DNA from: an uncultured Actinomycetes bacterium
GTDB taxonomy: Bacteria; Actinomycetota; Thermoleophilia; RBG-16-64-13
Assembly: GCA_963706025.1 (NCBI GenBank)
Contig: CAVPLM010000023.1
Coordinates: 1 to 27,583, forward strand
Direction: 5' to 3'
DNA: 27,583 bases
The stretch's first letter is position 1. Each line of letters begins with the position of its first letter. This document shows positions 18,434 to 27,583 of this stretch, one piece after another. The notes below the pieces were generated by a model, which worked only from the letters and a program-made list of their open reading frames with translations, searched no databases and was not told the origin of the DNA. The translations under genes and the position numbers were made by a program.

Positions 18434-19387
18434 ATGAGGATCGTGGTGGCACTCGGGGGGAACGCCCTTCTCAAGCGAGGGGAGCCGCTTACTGAGCAGA
18501 ACCAGCGTGAGAACGTCAAGGCGGCGGCCAAGGCCCTGGCGCCTCTGGCGCGCGAGCACAGCCTAATAATCACCCATGGCAACGGGCCTCAAGTGGGTCT
18601 GCTCGCCCTCGAGGCGGCAGCCTACACGGGAGTGGAGCCCTACACTCTGGACGTGCTGAGCGCCGAGTCGGAGGGTATGATCGGCTATATGATCGAGCAG
18701 GAGCTGGGTAACATCCTGCCCGAGGACGTGCCGTTCGCCACGATCCTCACCCAAGTGGAGGTCGATCCTGCCGACCCGGCTTTCCAGAAACCCACGAAGC
18801 CCATCGGCCCCGAGTACACGCGGGAAGAAGCCGAACGCCTTGCCCGTGAGCACGGCTGGACTGTGGGCCCGGACAACAACCTTTACCGCAGACTGGTAGC
18901 TTCGCCGCGGCCAAAGCGGATCTTCGAGATCAGAGTGGTCGAGTGGTTAGTGGAGCGGGGAGTGGTGGTGATCTGCACCGGGGGAGGAGGGATCCCGACC
19001 ATGTTGACCCCGGACGGCGTGCTTGTAGGAGTGGAGGCGGTCATCGACAAGGACCACGCGGGCGCGCTCTTGGCTGGGTCGCTGGGCGCGGGAATCTTCC
19101 TGATGCTCACGGATGCCGAGAACGTGTGGCAGGACTGGGGAACGGCGGACGCGCGGGCCATACGGAGGGCGTCGCCCGAGGCGCTGGAGAAGCTTCAGTT
19201 CGCCGCTGGTTCCATGGGCCCCAAGGTGGAGGCGGCCTGTGACTTCGCTCGGGCCACGGGCGGCCGCGCCGGTGTCGGCGCTCTGGAGGATGCGGTAGCC
19301 ATCGTCGAGGGGCGGGCGGGCACACTGGTATCGATCGAGTTCGAGGGCATCGAGTACTGGCCTTCGCTCTTTCACCAGCCGGAATAG
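18434..19387 (+). CDS. arcC: Carbamate kinase
   Basis: [47 protein letters not shown] and [10 protein letters not shown]. Confidence 0.97.
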   Translation: MRIVVALGGNALLKRGEPLTEQNQRENVKAAAKALAPLAREHSLIITHGNGPQVGLLALEAAAYTGVEPYTLDVLSAESEGMIGYMIEQELGNILPEDVPFATILTQVEVDPADPAFQKPTKPIGPEYTREEAERLAREHGWTVGPDNNLYRRLVASPRPKRIFEIRVVEWLVERGVVVICTGGGGIPTMLTPDGVLVGVEAVIDKDHAGALLAGSLGAGIFLMLTDAENVWQDWGTADARAIRRASPEALEKLQFAAGSMGPKVEAACDFARATGGRAGVGALEDAVAIVEGRAGTLVSIEFEGIEYWPSLFHQPE

Positions 19388-19415
19388 CGGCAGGTCCGGC
19401 GAGGTCGACGCGTCT

Positions 19416-20672
19416 TTGGTCAACGGCTATTTCATCGCGGCACTGAGCGGGCTGATCGTCGTCGAAGCGATCGGCTGGATCGGTGAGTGGCTCAACCTGC
19501 GCGCTGTCGGGTCAACGCTGCCCAAGGAGTTCGCCGAGGTCTACGACGCCGGGGAATACCGGCGTTCACAGGAATACACGAGGACGAAGACACGCTTCGG
19601 TCTGGTGGCCTCGCTGTTCGACCTGGCGGTGCTGCTCGGGTTCTGGCTGGCGGGCGGTTTCGGCTGGCTTGACGAGGTGGTGCGTTCCTTCGGGCTCGGC
19701 CCCGTTTGGACCGGGCTGATCTTCCTGCTGATCCTCGCTGTGGCCAAGGGTCTCCTCGACCTTCCCTTTCAGGTCTGGGGGGTGTTCGTTGTCGAAGAGA
19801 AGTACGGCTTCAACCGCACCAAACCTCGCACGTTCGTCCTAGATCTCCTGAAGGGCCTGGCCGTAGCGCTCGTTCTGGGCGTTCCTCTGCTGATCGGATT
19901 CCTGGCTCTGTTCGAGTACGGGGGGGACCTGGCCTGGATCTATGCCTGGGCGGCCGTGATCGCGTTCTCGTTCATCATGCAGATCCTGGCCCCGACCCTC
20001 ATCATGCCGCTCTTCAACAAGTTCACTCCCCTCGAGGATGGCGAACTCAAGGACGAGATCTTTGCATACGCGGAACGGGTCCGGTTTCCCCTGAAGGGGG
20101 TGTTCTCCATCGATGCCTCCCGGCGCACGACCAAAGGGAACGCTTTCTTTACCGGATTCGGGAGAAGCAAGCGCATCGCCCTCTTCGATACTCTGATCCA
20201 ACGACACCCGGTGGGGGAGGTCGTGGCCGTTCTGGCTCATGAGGTAGGCCACTACAAGAAGCGGCATGTACTGATGGGGACTATAGTCTCCGCGCTGGAG
20301 ACGGGCCTTTTTCTGGGGTTGTTTGCTCTGCTCCTGGAGGAGAACGGTCTTTTCGAGGCCTTCGGAGTGGAGTCGCCCTCCGTGTATGCGGGGGTGATCT
20401 TTGTGGCCATTCTCCTTATGCCGCTCGAATTGGTGCTCTCTGTCGGTACTTCGGCGCTCTCCCGGCACCACGAGCGCCAGGCCGATTCCTTCGCCGCGAG
20501 CACGAGCGGTCGCGGCGATCTCCTGGCCTCAGGCCTGAAGCGGCTGTCAAAGGACAGCCTATCCAATCTCACTCCGCATCCTTTCTACGTGTTTCTCAAT
20601 TACTCGCATCCGCCCGTGCTTGAGAGAGTGAGGGTACTGGAGCCAGGGCTGGAGTCGGATCCCGCCGCGTGA
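19416..20672 (+). CDS. M48 family Zn metalloprotease (Ste24-like)
   Basis: EEKYGFNRT, PLFNKFTPL, NAFFTGFG..KRIALFDTL, HEVGH (HExxH), E..AD and YSHPP..ER. Confidence 0.95.
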   Translation: MVNGYFIAALSGLIVVEAIGWIGEWLNLRAVGSTLPKEFAEVYDAGEYRRSQEYTRTKTRFGLVASLFDLAVLLGFWLAGGFGWLDEVVRSFGLGPVWTGLIFLLILAVAKGLLDLPFQVWGVFVVEEKYGFNRTKPRTFVLDLLKGLAVALVLGVPLLIGFLALFEYGGDLAWIYAWAAVIAFSFIMQILAPTLIMPLFNKFTPLEDGELKDEIFAYAERVRFPLKGVFSIDASRRTTKGNAFFTGFGRSKRIALFDTLIQRHPVGEVVAVLAHEVGHYKKRHVLMGTIVSALETGLFLGLFALLLEENGLFEAFGVESPSVYAGVIFVAILLMPLELVLSVGTSALSRHHERQADSFAASTSGRGDLLASGLKRLSKDSLSNLTPHPFYVFLNYSHPPVLERVRVLEPGLESDPAA

Positions 20673-21631
20673 CGCGCTCGTCCGGACTGCTTCGTGTCGG
20701 CCTGGCCGCGGTCATCTGGGGTTCTATCCCCATCTTCGTGCGCATGGTGGACGCGTCACCGTTCGTGCTCGTGTTCTGGCGGGTGGCGTTCGCCGCAGCG
20801 GCTGTCCTGGTCTACCTGCTTTTTACGGGGAAGGTGAGAGACCTGGGCCGCCTGAAGTGGCGGACGGTCGGGGCGCTTCTGGCCGTGGGGGCCCTCATCG
20901 CGGTGAACTGGATACTCTTTCTTGGCGCGCTCTCGATGACCCAGGTGGCCGTAGCCGAACTGCTGGGGTATGTGGGACCGGTGTTTGTGGCCGCCCTCGC
21001 GCCGCTGATATCTCGTGAGCCTCACGATAGGCGGATAGCGCTGCCCCTCATGCTGGCCCTCGGCGGCACAGCGGTCATAGTCGGGCTCGGAGATCTCTCC
21101 GTCCAGGGGGGCCACAGCCTCTTGGGCGCGGGCATGGCCTTCTGCTCGGCGCTCACCTACGCGGCGCTCATGCTCACCGGCAAGCGGCTCTTGCGCAACG
21201 TCACGGCTCCGGTCCTCGCGTTTGGCGAATACGCCTTCGCTACGATCCTTCTGTTGCCGGCCGTGCTACTGCTCCCGGGACCATCGGCAGCCTCGGAGTG
21301 GGGGGCTCTCGCGATCCTCGGGGTCGTACACACTGCTTTCGCCATACTCGTCTTCTTCTCCGGCCTCAAGCACGTGCGCGCCGATCACGCCGCCGTGTTC
21401 ACCTATGCCGAACCGGTGACGGCCGTCATCTTCGCGGCCGTGTTCCTCTCGGAGCCCCTCAGTTGGACCACGTTGGTCGGGGGTGCGGGGGTGGTCGCCG
21501 CTGGGATCTTGGTCGCGCGCATGACGCCGACCACCGGTATGGAGGCGCCAGGCGTCTCCGAGGCGCTAGAATCATCTGTGACGGATGGAGCGACGGTTGA
21601 GTCCCAGGATCTGGACAGGAGTGAGGCATGA
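20669..21631 (+). CDS. EamA/DMT family transporter
   Basis: About 10 transmembrane segments in two EamA repeats; IWG, R...A and EPV.A motifs. GTGA overlap upstream, ATGA overlap downstream. Confidence 0.9.
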   Translation: MTRSSGLLRVGLAAVIWGSIPIFVRMVDASPFVLVFWRVAFAAAAVLVYLLFTGKVRDLGRLKWRTVGALLAVGALIAVNWILFLGALSMTQVAVAELLGYVGPVFVAALAPLISREPHDRRIALPLMLALGGTAVIVGLGDLSVQGGHSLLGAGMAFCSALTYAALMLTGKRLLRNVTAPVLAFGEYAFATILLLPAVLLLPGPSAASEWGALAILGVVHTAFAILVFFSGLKHVRADHAAVFTYAEPVTAVIFAAVFLSEPLSWTTLVGGAGVVAAGILVARMTPTTGMEAPGVSEALESSVTDGATVESQDLDRSEA

Positions 21632-22539
21632 GGATCGCGCTTATCGGGCAGGCGGCTTTTGGAGAGAAGGTGCTTGAGGCTCTGCTCGGCGGGGGGGAGG
21701 ACGTTGCGGTGGTCTACATGCCTCCCGATTCTCCGGGCGGCAAGGGCAACTCCTTCAAGGAACTGGCGGAAGGGAACGGGATCGCCGTGCGGCAGCCGAC
21801 CAGGATGCGTGAGCCCGAAGTCTTCGAGGATTACAAGAGCTTCGCCGCCGAACTGAACGTCATGGCGTTCGTCACCGACATCGTGCCGCTCACGATCCTC
21901 AACCATCCGGGGCTCGGCACCATCCAGTACCATCCGTCTTTGCTGCCCCGGCATCGGGGAGCCAGCGCCATCAACTGGGCTGTAATTAACGGGGAGACGA
22001 AGACCGGTCTCTCGGTCTTCTGGCCGGATGAAGGCCTGGACACCGGGCCCCTCCTGTTACAGAAGGAAGTCACGATCGAGCCGGATGACACCCTGGGAAC
22101 GGTCTATTTCGGCAAGCTGTTCCCTCTCGGCGTGGAGGCTCTGCTCGAGTCGGTGCGGCTCGTCAAGGCCGGCAAGGCCCCGAGAATCCCTCAGGATCTG
22201 ACCCAAGGTGAGTACGAGCCGATCTGCAAGCGCATGACCATCGACTGGATGTACCCCGTGGGCATCGTCTACAACGTCATCCGGGGCTGCAACCCCTCAC
22301 CGGGGGCGGCCACCGTCTGGCAGGGGAACCCGCTGAAGATCTTCGACTGCGAGAGGCGCGCTGTCAGCGGTCCCGAGCCCCCGGGTACCATCACGGAGGT
22401 CGCGGACGAGGGTTTCCTGGTCGCGGCCAACGGCGGCAGCATCTTCGTCAAGCGCGTCCAGCCGGCCGGCGACGGGAAGGTGGCCGCGGCCGATTTCACC
22501 ATGTCGGCCGGGCTCAAAGTGGGGGACATGCTGGGCTAG
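21628..22539 (+). CDS. Formyltransferase-family protein (Fmt-like fold, closest in motifs to the 10-formyl-THF dehydrogenase hydrolase domain)
   Basis: MRIALIGQAAFG, IQYHPSLLPRHRGASAINW and FWPDEGLDTG; C-terminal IRGCNPSPGA. Confidence 0.85.
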   Translation: MRIALIGQAAFGEKVLEALLGGGEDVAVVYMPPDSPGGKGNSFKELAEGNGIAVRQPTRMREPEVFEDYKSFAAELNVMAFVTDIVPLTILNHPGLGTIQYHPSLLPRHRGASAINWAVINGETKTGLSVFWPDEGLDTGPLLLQKEVTIEPDDTLGTVYFGKLFPLGVEALLESVRLVKAGKAPRIPQDLTQGEYEPICKRMTIDWMYPVGIVYNVIRGCNPSPGAATVWQGNPLKIFDCERRAVSGPEPPGTITEVADEGFLVAANGGSIFVKRVQPAGDGKVAAADFTMSAGLKVGDMLG

Positions 22540-22585
22540 CGGCCGGACCGACACGCTGGTCCTGCGATAGGAGCGGAGCATCATC

Positions 22586-23052
22586 ATGGACGAGGAACCA
22601 CATTTCCTGGAGCTGCTCATCGAACACGAATCGGCGGTCGGGCGGCTCTACGAGGTCTTCGCCTCGCTGTCTCCGGATCGCGAGGAGTTCTGGCGCTCAC
22701 TAGCGACAGCCGAGCAGATGCACGCCGAGAAGCTTGGAGAGCTTGACTCCGTGCCTTCCGTAGACAGGTGGTTGTCGCACGACAGCGGGTTTAGACCTCA
22801 GGCGATCAAGTCGTCGATCGGGTATGTAGAGAGCCAGATAGAGAGGGCTCAGGAGGGGAGACTCAGCTCGCTGCAGGCGCTCTCGATCGCCAAGGATCTC
22901 GAAAACGCCCTCATCGAGGAACAGTTCTCTCGAATGAGCGACTCGATCCACGCGGAGGCCAGCCCGATCCTGAGGAGCTTGCGGCGGAGACAGAGACCCA
23001 CCGCAAGATACTCGCCGAAGCGCTGGAAGCCGAAAGACGCTTGCGTCTGTAG
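22586..23052 (+). CDS. Ferritin-like / rubrerythrin-family four-helix protein, frameshift near 22973
   Basis: E......Y, FW..LA..E..H and LE; corrected tail EELAAETETHRKILAEALEAERRLRL, ending at TAG 23050-23052. Confidence 0.7.
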
Positions 23053-23338
23053 CGCGCTGTCCTCGGGTGACGTCCGTGCGCGTTCGGTATACCAGTCATT
23101 TCCCGCGTGCACTTCTGCTCAGCAGGCCTCTGGAAGTGGACAGAAGCTGATCGACTCACAATCGTCATAGGGAGCCTTGCTTTGGAGATCGCGTTCGGCA
23201 TCTTCGTCGTCCTCCACGGTCTAGTCCACCTGCTGTATGCCGGGCATAGCGCGAGGTGGTTCGAGCTCAAACCGGGTATGGACTGGCCGGAGGGGTCGTG
23301 GGCACTCGCGAGATCGATCGGGAACGGTTCGGCCCGCA

Positions 23339-24326
23339 CTAGATGATTGATTCCACGCCACTAACAGTAATCGACGAGAGCCCGGCTGGGACGACCAAGC
23401 TCGTAGTTGAGGCTGATGCAGGCCGCGAGACACAAGAAGCGCTGCAAGACCCGCTCTTTGAGGCCGGCCAGGGTGCGGGCCCCGTGCCGTTCCAGGGTGA
23501 GGATGTCTTTGCAGGTCCAGAAGATCGACTCGATGCGCTGACGGATGGGAGCAAGATGGAGGCCCTTCCCGGCCTCGTCTTTGCGCTTCGGACGGACATG
23601 GGTCGCCGCAAGGTTCTCGCAAGAAGAGGTGAACTCCCGGCCGGCATAGCCCTTGTCGGAGAGAAGGATCTCCCCGCCTTTTCGCTCACAACGCCCCAGG
23701 AGTTCGAGCCCCACCTCTCGTTCATCGCGCTTGGGCGAGGCGAGAACGAGCGCCCGGGGGGTGCCGTCAGAGGCGAAGATGGCGTGCAGGCGCACTCCCC
23801 AGAAGTAGCGGGAGTGAGAAGCGCAGTATCCGTAGTCACAGATATCCGAAAGAGCGGAGCGAAGAGCCGTCTCCCGGCTCCGCCCGCACTCGATGGGGGT
23901 GGAGTCGATGAGCAGGAGATCGTCGTAGAACCCCGGGCTCTTGGCGGCAAAGATGGGAAGGAGCCAGGCAAGGACCGGGGCGAGGCGACGCCTGCGCTTG
24001 AAGTAGCCGGCCTGTGTGGGAAGTTCGGGGAAGAGATGGGAAAGCTGCCGGCGGGCCGCGGCCAGAAACCGGCGGTCAGAAGGAATCCCCAGGATGGCCT
24101 GGGCCACGCAGAGGGTGACGATCTCGGCGTCAGTCGTCTGTCGTCGCGCGTTTCTCTTCGGCTCTGGCAAAAGATCATCGGACGTGCAATAAACGACGGT
24201 GCAGAGGGTGTCGAGGTCGGCGTCCATCGTAGCCTCCAAGCAGACGATGTTCTTGACACCGTCGGCTTTGGCCCCTCTGCCTCGAATCCCTTCTTACCTG
24301 CCATTTTCGTGGAATCAATCATCTAG
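23339..24326. mobile_element. IS982-like insertion sequence of about 980 bp, inserted at CTAG
   Basis: Perfect 19-bp inverted repeats CTAGATGATTGATTCCACG (23339-23357) and CGTGGAATCAATCATCTAG (24308-24326), including the duplicated palindromic CTAG/TA target. Confidence 0.92.
23361..24227 (-). CDS. IS982-family DDE transposase
   Basis: GGAGG RBS then MDADLDTLCTVVY..DD; TDAEIVTL, LIDSTPIEC..SRET, YGYCASHSRYFWG.RLH, SDKGY and RQRIESIF.T.K..L.LERHGAR. Intact. Confidence 0.9.
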   Translation of the reverse strand: MDADLDTLCTVVYCTSDDLLPEPKRNARRQTTDAEIVTLCVAQAILGIPSDRRFLAAARRQLSHLFPELPTQAGYFKRRRRLAPVLAWLLPIFAAKSPGFYDDLLLIDSTPIECGRSRETALRSALSDICDYGYCASHSRYFWGVRLHAIFASDGTPRALVLASPKRDEREVGLELLGRCERKGGEILLSDKGYAGREFTSSCENLAATHVRPKRKDEAGKGLHLAPIRQRIESIFWTCKDILTLERHGARTLAGLKERVLQRFLCLAACISLNYELGRPSRALVDYC

Positions 24327-24599
24327 GGCGACCGTGGCCTTGGTGTTGGCCACCCTCGGATTCGTTGTGGGCGGAGTCGGGATCCTCGCGGGCTGGGACT
24401 GGGTGCGTTCGCTGGTTGCCGGTGCTGCCATATTCTCAGCTCTGCTCTTCGCTCTCATGTGGAACGGGAAGCGAGAGAAGCTTGATGGGCAGGGAGCGGT
24501 CGGTTTCCTCATCGATGTGGCGATCTTGATCGTGACAGTCGGCTTCCAGTGGCCATAGTGAGGCAGGAGGTCGAGCAGCCGCTTACGGGGGTCTGGCCG

Positions 24600-24827
24600 G
24601 CGTCTCCCGGGAAGAGCCCGCGTCCGCAAGGGGGTCTGGGCGCGAAGGTCGCCGGGAACGGAGACACGGGGCCATCCGGTCCACCCGAGACCGCCGATCC
24701 ACGCGACGTACCTTTGTGCGACAAGCGCGGCTTCGAAGTACGCCTGGAGGCGCCACTCTCTGCTGGCGACAGCTGTATCCGGTGCGTGGTGAGGGACTCG
24801 GCACGGCGAACCACCAGGGCCGGGTAA
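24600..24827 (+). pseudogene. Possible degraded C-terminal half of a GNAT acetyltransferase
   Basis: PQGGLGAKV (acetyl-CoA-binding Q/RxxGxG-like) followed by ETADPRDVPLCDKRGFEV (compare 'LET....N..LY...GF.V'). Confidence 0.4.
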
Positions 24828-24897
24828 CTGCGGGCGTGCAGCGACCGCCGCGGGGCGAGGCTTATGGCCGGTAAGTACGAGACTGGGAGGGATCACG

Positions 24898-25817
24898 ATG
24901 GTCGCAGGAGGATCAAAGGAGGCAAGAATCAAGGGGAAACAGATTCACGGTTATGGTGTTCTAGTCGTCCTGCTGATTCTCTCACTCACCGCCTTCGCCT
25001 GTGGAGCTTCCGGCGATGGCGATGGGCAAAGCGAGACGACGCAATCATCGGTCTCAGGATCCACCGAGTCGAGCGGGTCCGGGTCGTCGGCGGTGACAGT
25101 GGCCAGACGACTACTTCGCAATCCCAAGGTGAGCAGACAACGGTTCCGGCTGGTTCCACCACGACCGCGGCCTCGGTGGGCGATCTAACCAGCTACCGTA
25201 TCCATACCACCTGGCGGGATGGCAGCCGTGAGGGACCGGTCAAGACCGAATGGGACACGGCCTATATCGCTGATCCGCTCGCCGTCCACCACAAGGCTGA
25301 AGGGGACGTCGACATGGAGATGGTCTTGGTCGGGGAGACCCTGTGGACCAGATTCATGGACCTGCCCTGGCAGAAGGTGGACTTGCCCGAGGGAGAGACG
25401 CCTGACTGGGCGAGCATGCTCTCGGAGGCAGAATCGCTGGTGGATGTCGAGGAACAGACGCCCGTAGAGGATGGTATTCAGTGGCTGATGGGACAGCCGG
25501 AAGTCAAGATCGTCGAGGGCAGCCTGACTTCCGCAGGCAAGGAGACCGTCAATGGAGTCGCCTGTAGGCGGTACACCGTGGACTCGATCTACACCTACAA
25601 CGTGGAATACCAGGTGCCCTTGACGGCCAAGGCCACCATCACCGAGAGCACTCAGGGTGAGATCTGGGTGGCCGACCAAGGGGGCTGGTCTCCGTTCGTG
25701 GTGCGCGCGCAGCTCTTGCAGACCACGACCACCCAGGTGGAAGGGGGTCCCTCGGGCACTGAGACCGTGTACATCGAGGAGGACGTCACCGACATCAATT
25801 CGTCCGGTATCGTGTAG
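24898..25817 (+). CDS. Putative lipoprotein with Ser/Thr-rich linker and beta-rich (LppX/LolA-like) domain, frameshift near 25088
   Basis: Signal VLVVLLILSLTAFAC (lipobox), S/T/G-rich linker, then SYRIHTTW..MEMVLVGETLW..GKETVNGVACRRY..GEIWVA..DVTDIN, ending at TAG 25815-25817. Confidence 0.65.
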
Positions 25818-26045
25818 AGCCTCCTGAGTAGCGCGAAGTCCCGGAGTCATCCACGCCGATGCCCACGCGGCCGGCACATGCCGCTTCGCGTGCAGGAAGT
25901 CGTTCCCGGCGCTCCGCAAGCGTACGACCGACCGGCAAATCGACCTGACACCCGGCGGCGTCGAGCGAATGGGAAGTCGGGGCGGAGAAGGGCGGCGGGT
26001 TCAGGTTGTTCGCGGGACTCTGGTCGTGGTTGATTGAGGAGGCCC

Positions 26046-27515
26046 ATGGAAGGCTCGAAACAAGACCAACGGGCTCTGCAACGTGAGGCGGCCGGTCGCG
26101 CCGCTGGAGACCTCTGTTTCATGGACGCGAAAGAGCTCGCCGCTCTAATCCGGACTGGGAGGTATCGGCGCGCGAAGTCATGGCCGCGCATCTCGAGCGG
26201 ATCGAACTAGTCAACCCGAAGATCAATGCGATCGTCGCCAAACTTGACGACGAGGAATGCCTGGCTCTGGCCGACACGGCCGATCGGCGGGCCGCAAGGG
26301 GAGAGGTGCTGGGGCCGCTCCACGGACTGCCGATCGCCTTCAAGGACCTCCAACCTGCCGTAGGCTTTCCGTTCACGCGCGGTTCCACCATCTACAAAGA
26401 CGAGATGCCGGCAGAGGATTCCGTGCTAGTCGAGCGGTTGCGGAGAGCGGGAGCGATACCGATCGGAAAGACGAACACTCCCGAGTTCGGGATGGGCTCG
26501 CACACCTACAACAAGGTGTACGGCACGACCGTCAACCCTTACGACCACACCAAGAGCGCCGGAGGTTCGAGTGGCGGAGCCGGCGCGGCGCTCGCGACCG
26601 GCATGCTGCCCATCGCCGATGGTAGCGACCTGGGGGGGTCTCTCAGAAACCCGGGAAATTTCAACAATATCGTGGGAATGCGACCCACCGTGGGATTGGT
26701 CCCGTCGGCGCCGGATCCGATGCCGCTGCTGGGTTTTGGTGTCAACGGCCCAATGGGACACACAGTCGCCGACACGGCTTTTCTGCTGGGTGTCATGGTC
26801 GGCGCAGATCCCCGCGACCCCGGGTGTTTCCCCTCCGATCCCTCGGCGTTCCTCGGGACCCTGGACCGCGACTTCCGGGCGAAGCGTGTCGCCTGGTGCC
26901 CCGACTTGGGCGGCCTACCACTCGACCCCGGCGTGCGCGCAGTGCTTGGTGCGCAGAGGAGCACGTTCGGGGCGCTGGGTTGCGTCATTGAGGACGCTTG
27001 TCCTGATCTCAGCGGAGCGGACTCGATCTTTCTCACCGTCCGCAGGTTTCGGAGCGCCGCGGTGTACGGACCATTGCTGGCGGAGTTCCGTGAACATCTG
27101 AAGCCGGAAGCAGTTGAAGAGATCGAACAAGGGCTCGCACTTACGCGTGCCGACGTCGATCGAGCGATGGTCCAGCACGGTCAACTGCTGGAGCGGATGC
27201 GCCGCTTCGAGCAGGAGTACGAATTCATGCTGTGCGCGGTGAACCAGCTGCCGCCGTTCGAGGCTACGCTGGACTGGCCCAAGGCCATTGATGGACAGAA
27301 GATGGAGCATTACATCGCGTGGATGAAGTCTGCCTACTGGATCACCACGACCTTCGGCTGGCTGATCTCAGTCCCGGCAGGTTTCAACTCCGATGGATTG
27401 CCGTTAGAATTCGGTATCGTCGGTCGCCATCGAGCGGATTTCTCCGTGCTTCAAATGGCTTATGCCTTCGAGCAGTCGAACGGGATTCGGGAGGAGACGT
27501 CCACCGATCGCGTGA
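26046..27515 (+). CDS. Amidase signature family protein, frameshifts near 26160 and 27479 (absent from the ORF track)
   Basis: GAGGAGG RBS then ATG at 26046. GPLHGLPIAFKD, GKTNTPEFG, NPYD..AGGSSGG and GSDLGGSLRNP (Ser-cisSer-Lys triad). Corrected tail TGFGRRRPPIA, ending at TGA 27513-27515. Confidence 0.92.
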
Positions 27516-27583
27516 GTCCTGAGAGGAGTGCAATGCCGGTGCGGCTCCAAGGAAGGCGCGGTGAGGGCTCCTTGACTTCCCTC

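Larger units (their letters stand above)
23182..24558 (+). pseudogene. Four-TM hypothetical membrane protein (130 aa reconstructed) interrupted by an IS
   Basis: AGGGAG RBS then TTG at 23182. Removing the IS plus one CTAG joins 23182-23342 to 24327-24558 in frame (393 nt): ..HGLVHLLY..WPEGSW..GSARTRATVALVLATLGFVVGG..FQWP. Confidence 0.8.

Noticed and set aside
24917-24930. Non-canonical ATC start behind AGGAGG for the lipoprotein
   Set aside because: An in-frame ATG at 24898 with its own GGAGG exists, and a base-call error cannot be excluded.
1-27583. CRISPR arrays, tRNA or rRNA genes, integrase/att sites
   Set aside because: None recognised by eye; no regularly spaced repeats other than the Thr linker.

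Overview
GC-rich bacterial chromosomal window, probably from an anaerobic Actinomycetota lineage such as Thermoleophilia (inferred from the Thr-rich Tat-lipoprotein binding protein and the gene set). Many genes near the window edges carry 1-2 nt indels, often in homopolymers, which looks like long-read assembly error. Order: probable 3' end of an aldehyde:ferredoxin oxidoreductase gene; yqeB-yqeC-mocA-like Se/Mo-hydroxylase accessory genes; an orphan ABC substrate-binding lipoprotein; a ~3.4 kb decayed island (Type ISP-like R-M fragment, TcmP + DUF5131 pair, HEPN-like ORF, AAA-ATPase/wHTH fragment, molybdopterin-binding fragment); RutB-like hydrolase; small alpha/beta-barrel protein; class II aldolase; DAK2-DegV fusion; a structured leader preceding pckG-aminotransferase-DUF2294(MpsC)-Mut7-C; MFS transporter; DUF6141; carbamate kinase; Ste24 protease; EamA transporter; an ALDH1L1-hydrolase-like formyltransferase; ferritin-like protein; a membrane-protein gene interrupted by an intact IS982-like element at CTAG; a GNAT remnant; a lipoprotein; an amidase. 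Best candidate for a new system: the structured 5' leader RNA at 11865-11986 in front of an operon encoding PEP carboxykinase and an MpsC-family protein, suggesting CO2/bicarbonate-responsive RNA-level control. All family assignments come from motif recognition, not database searches.
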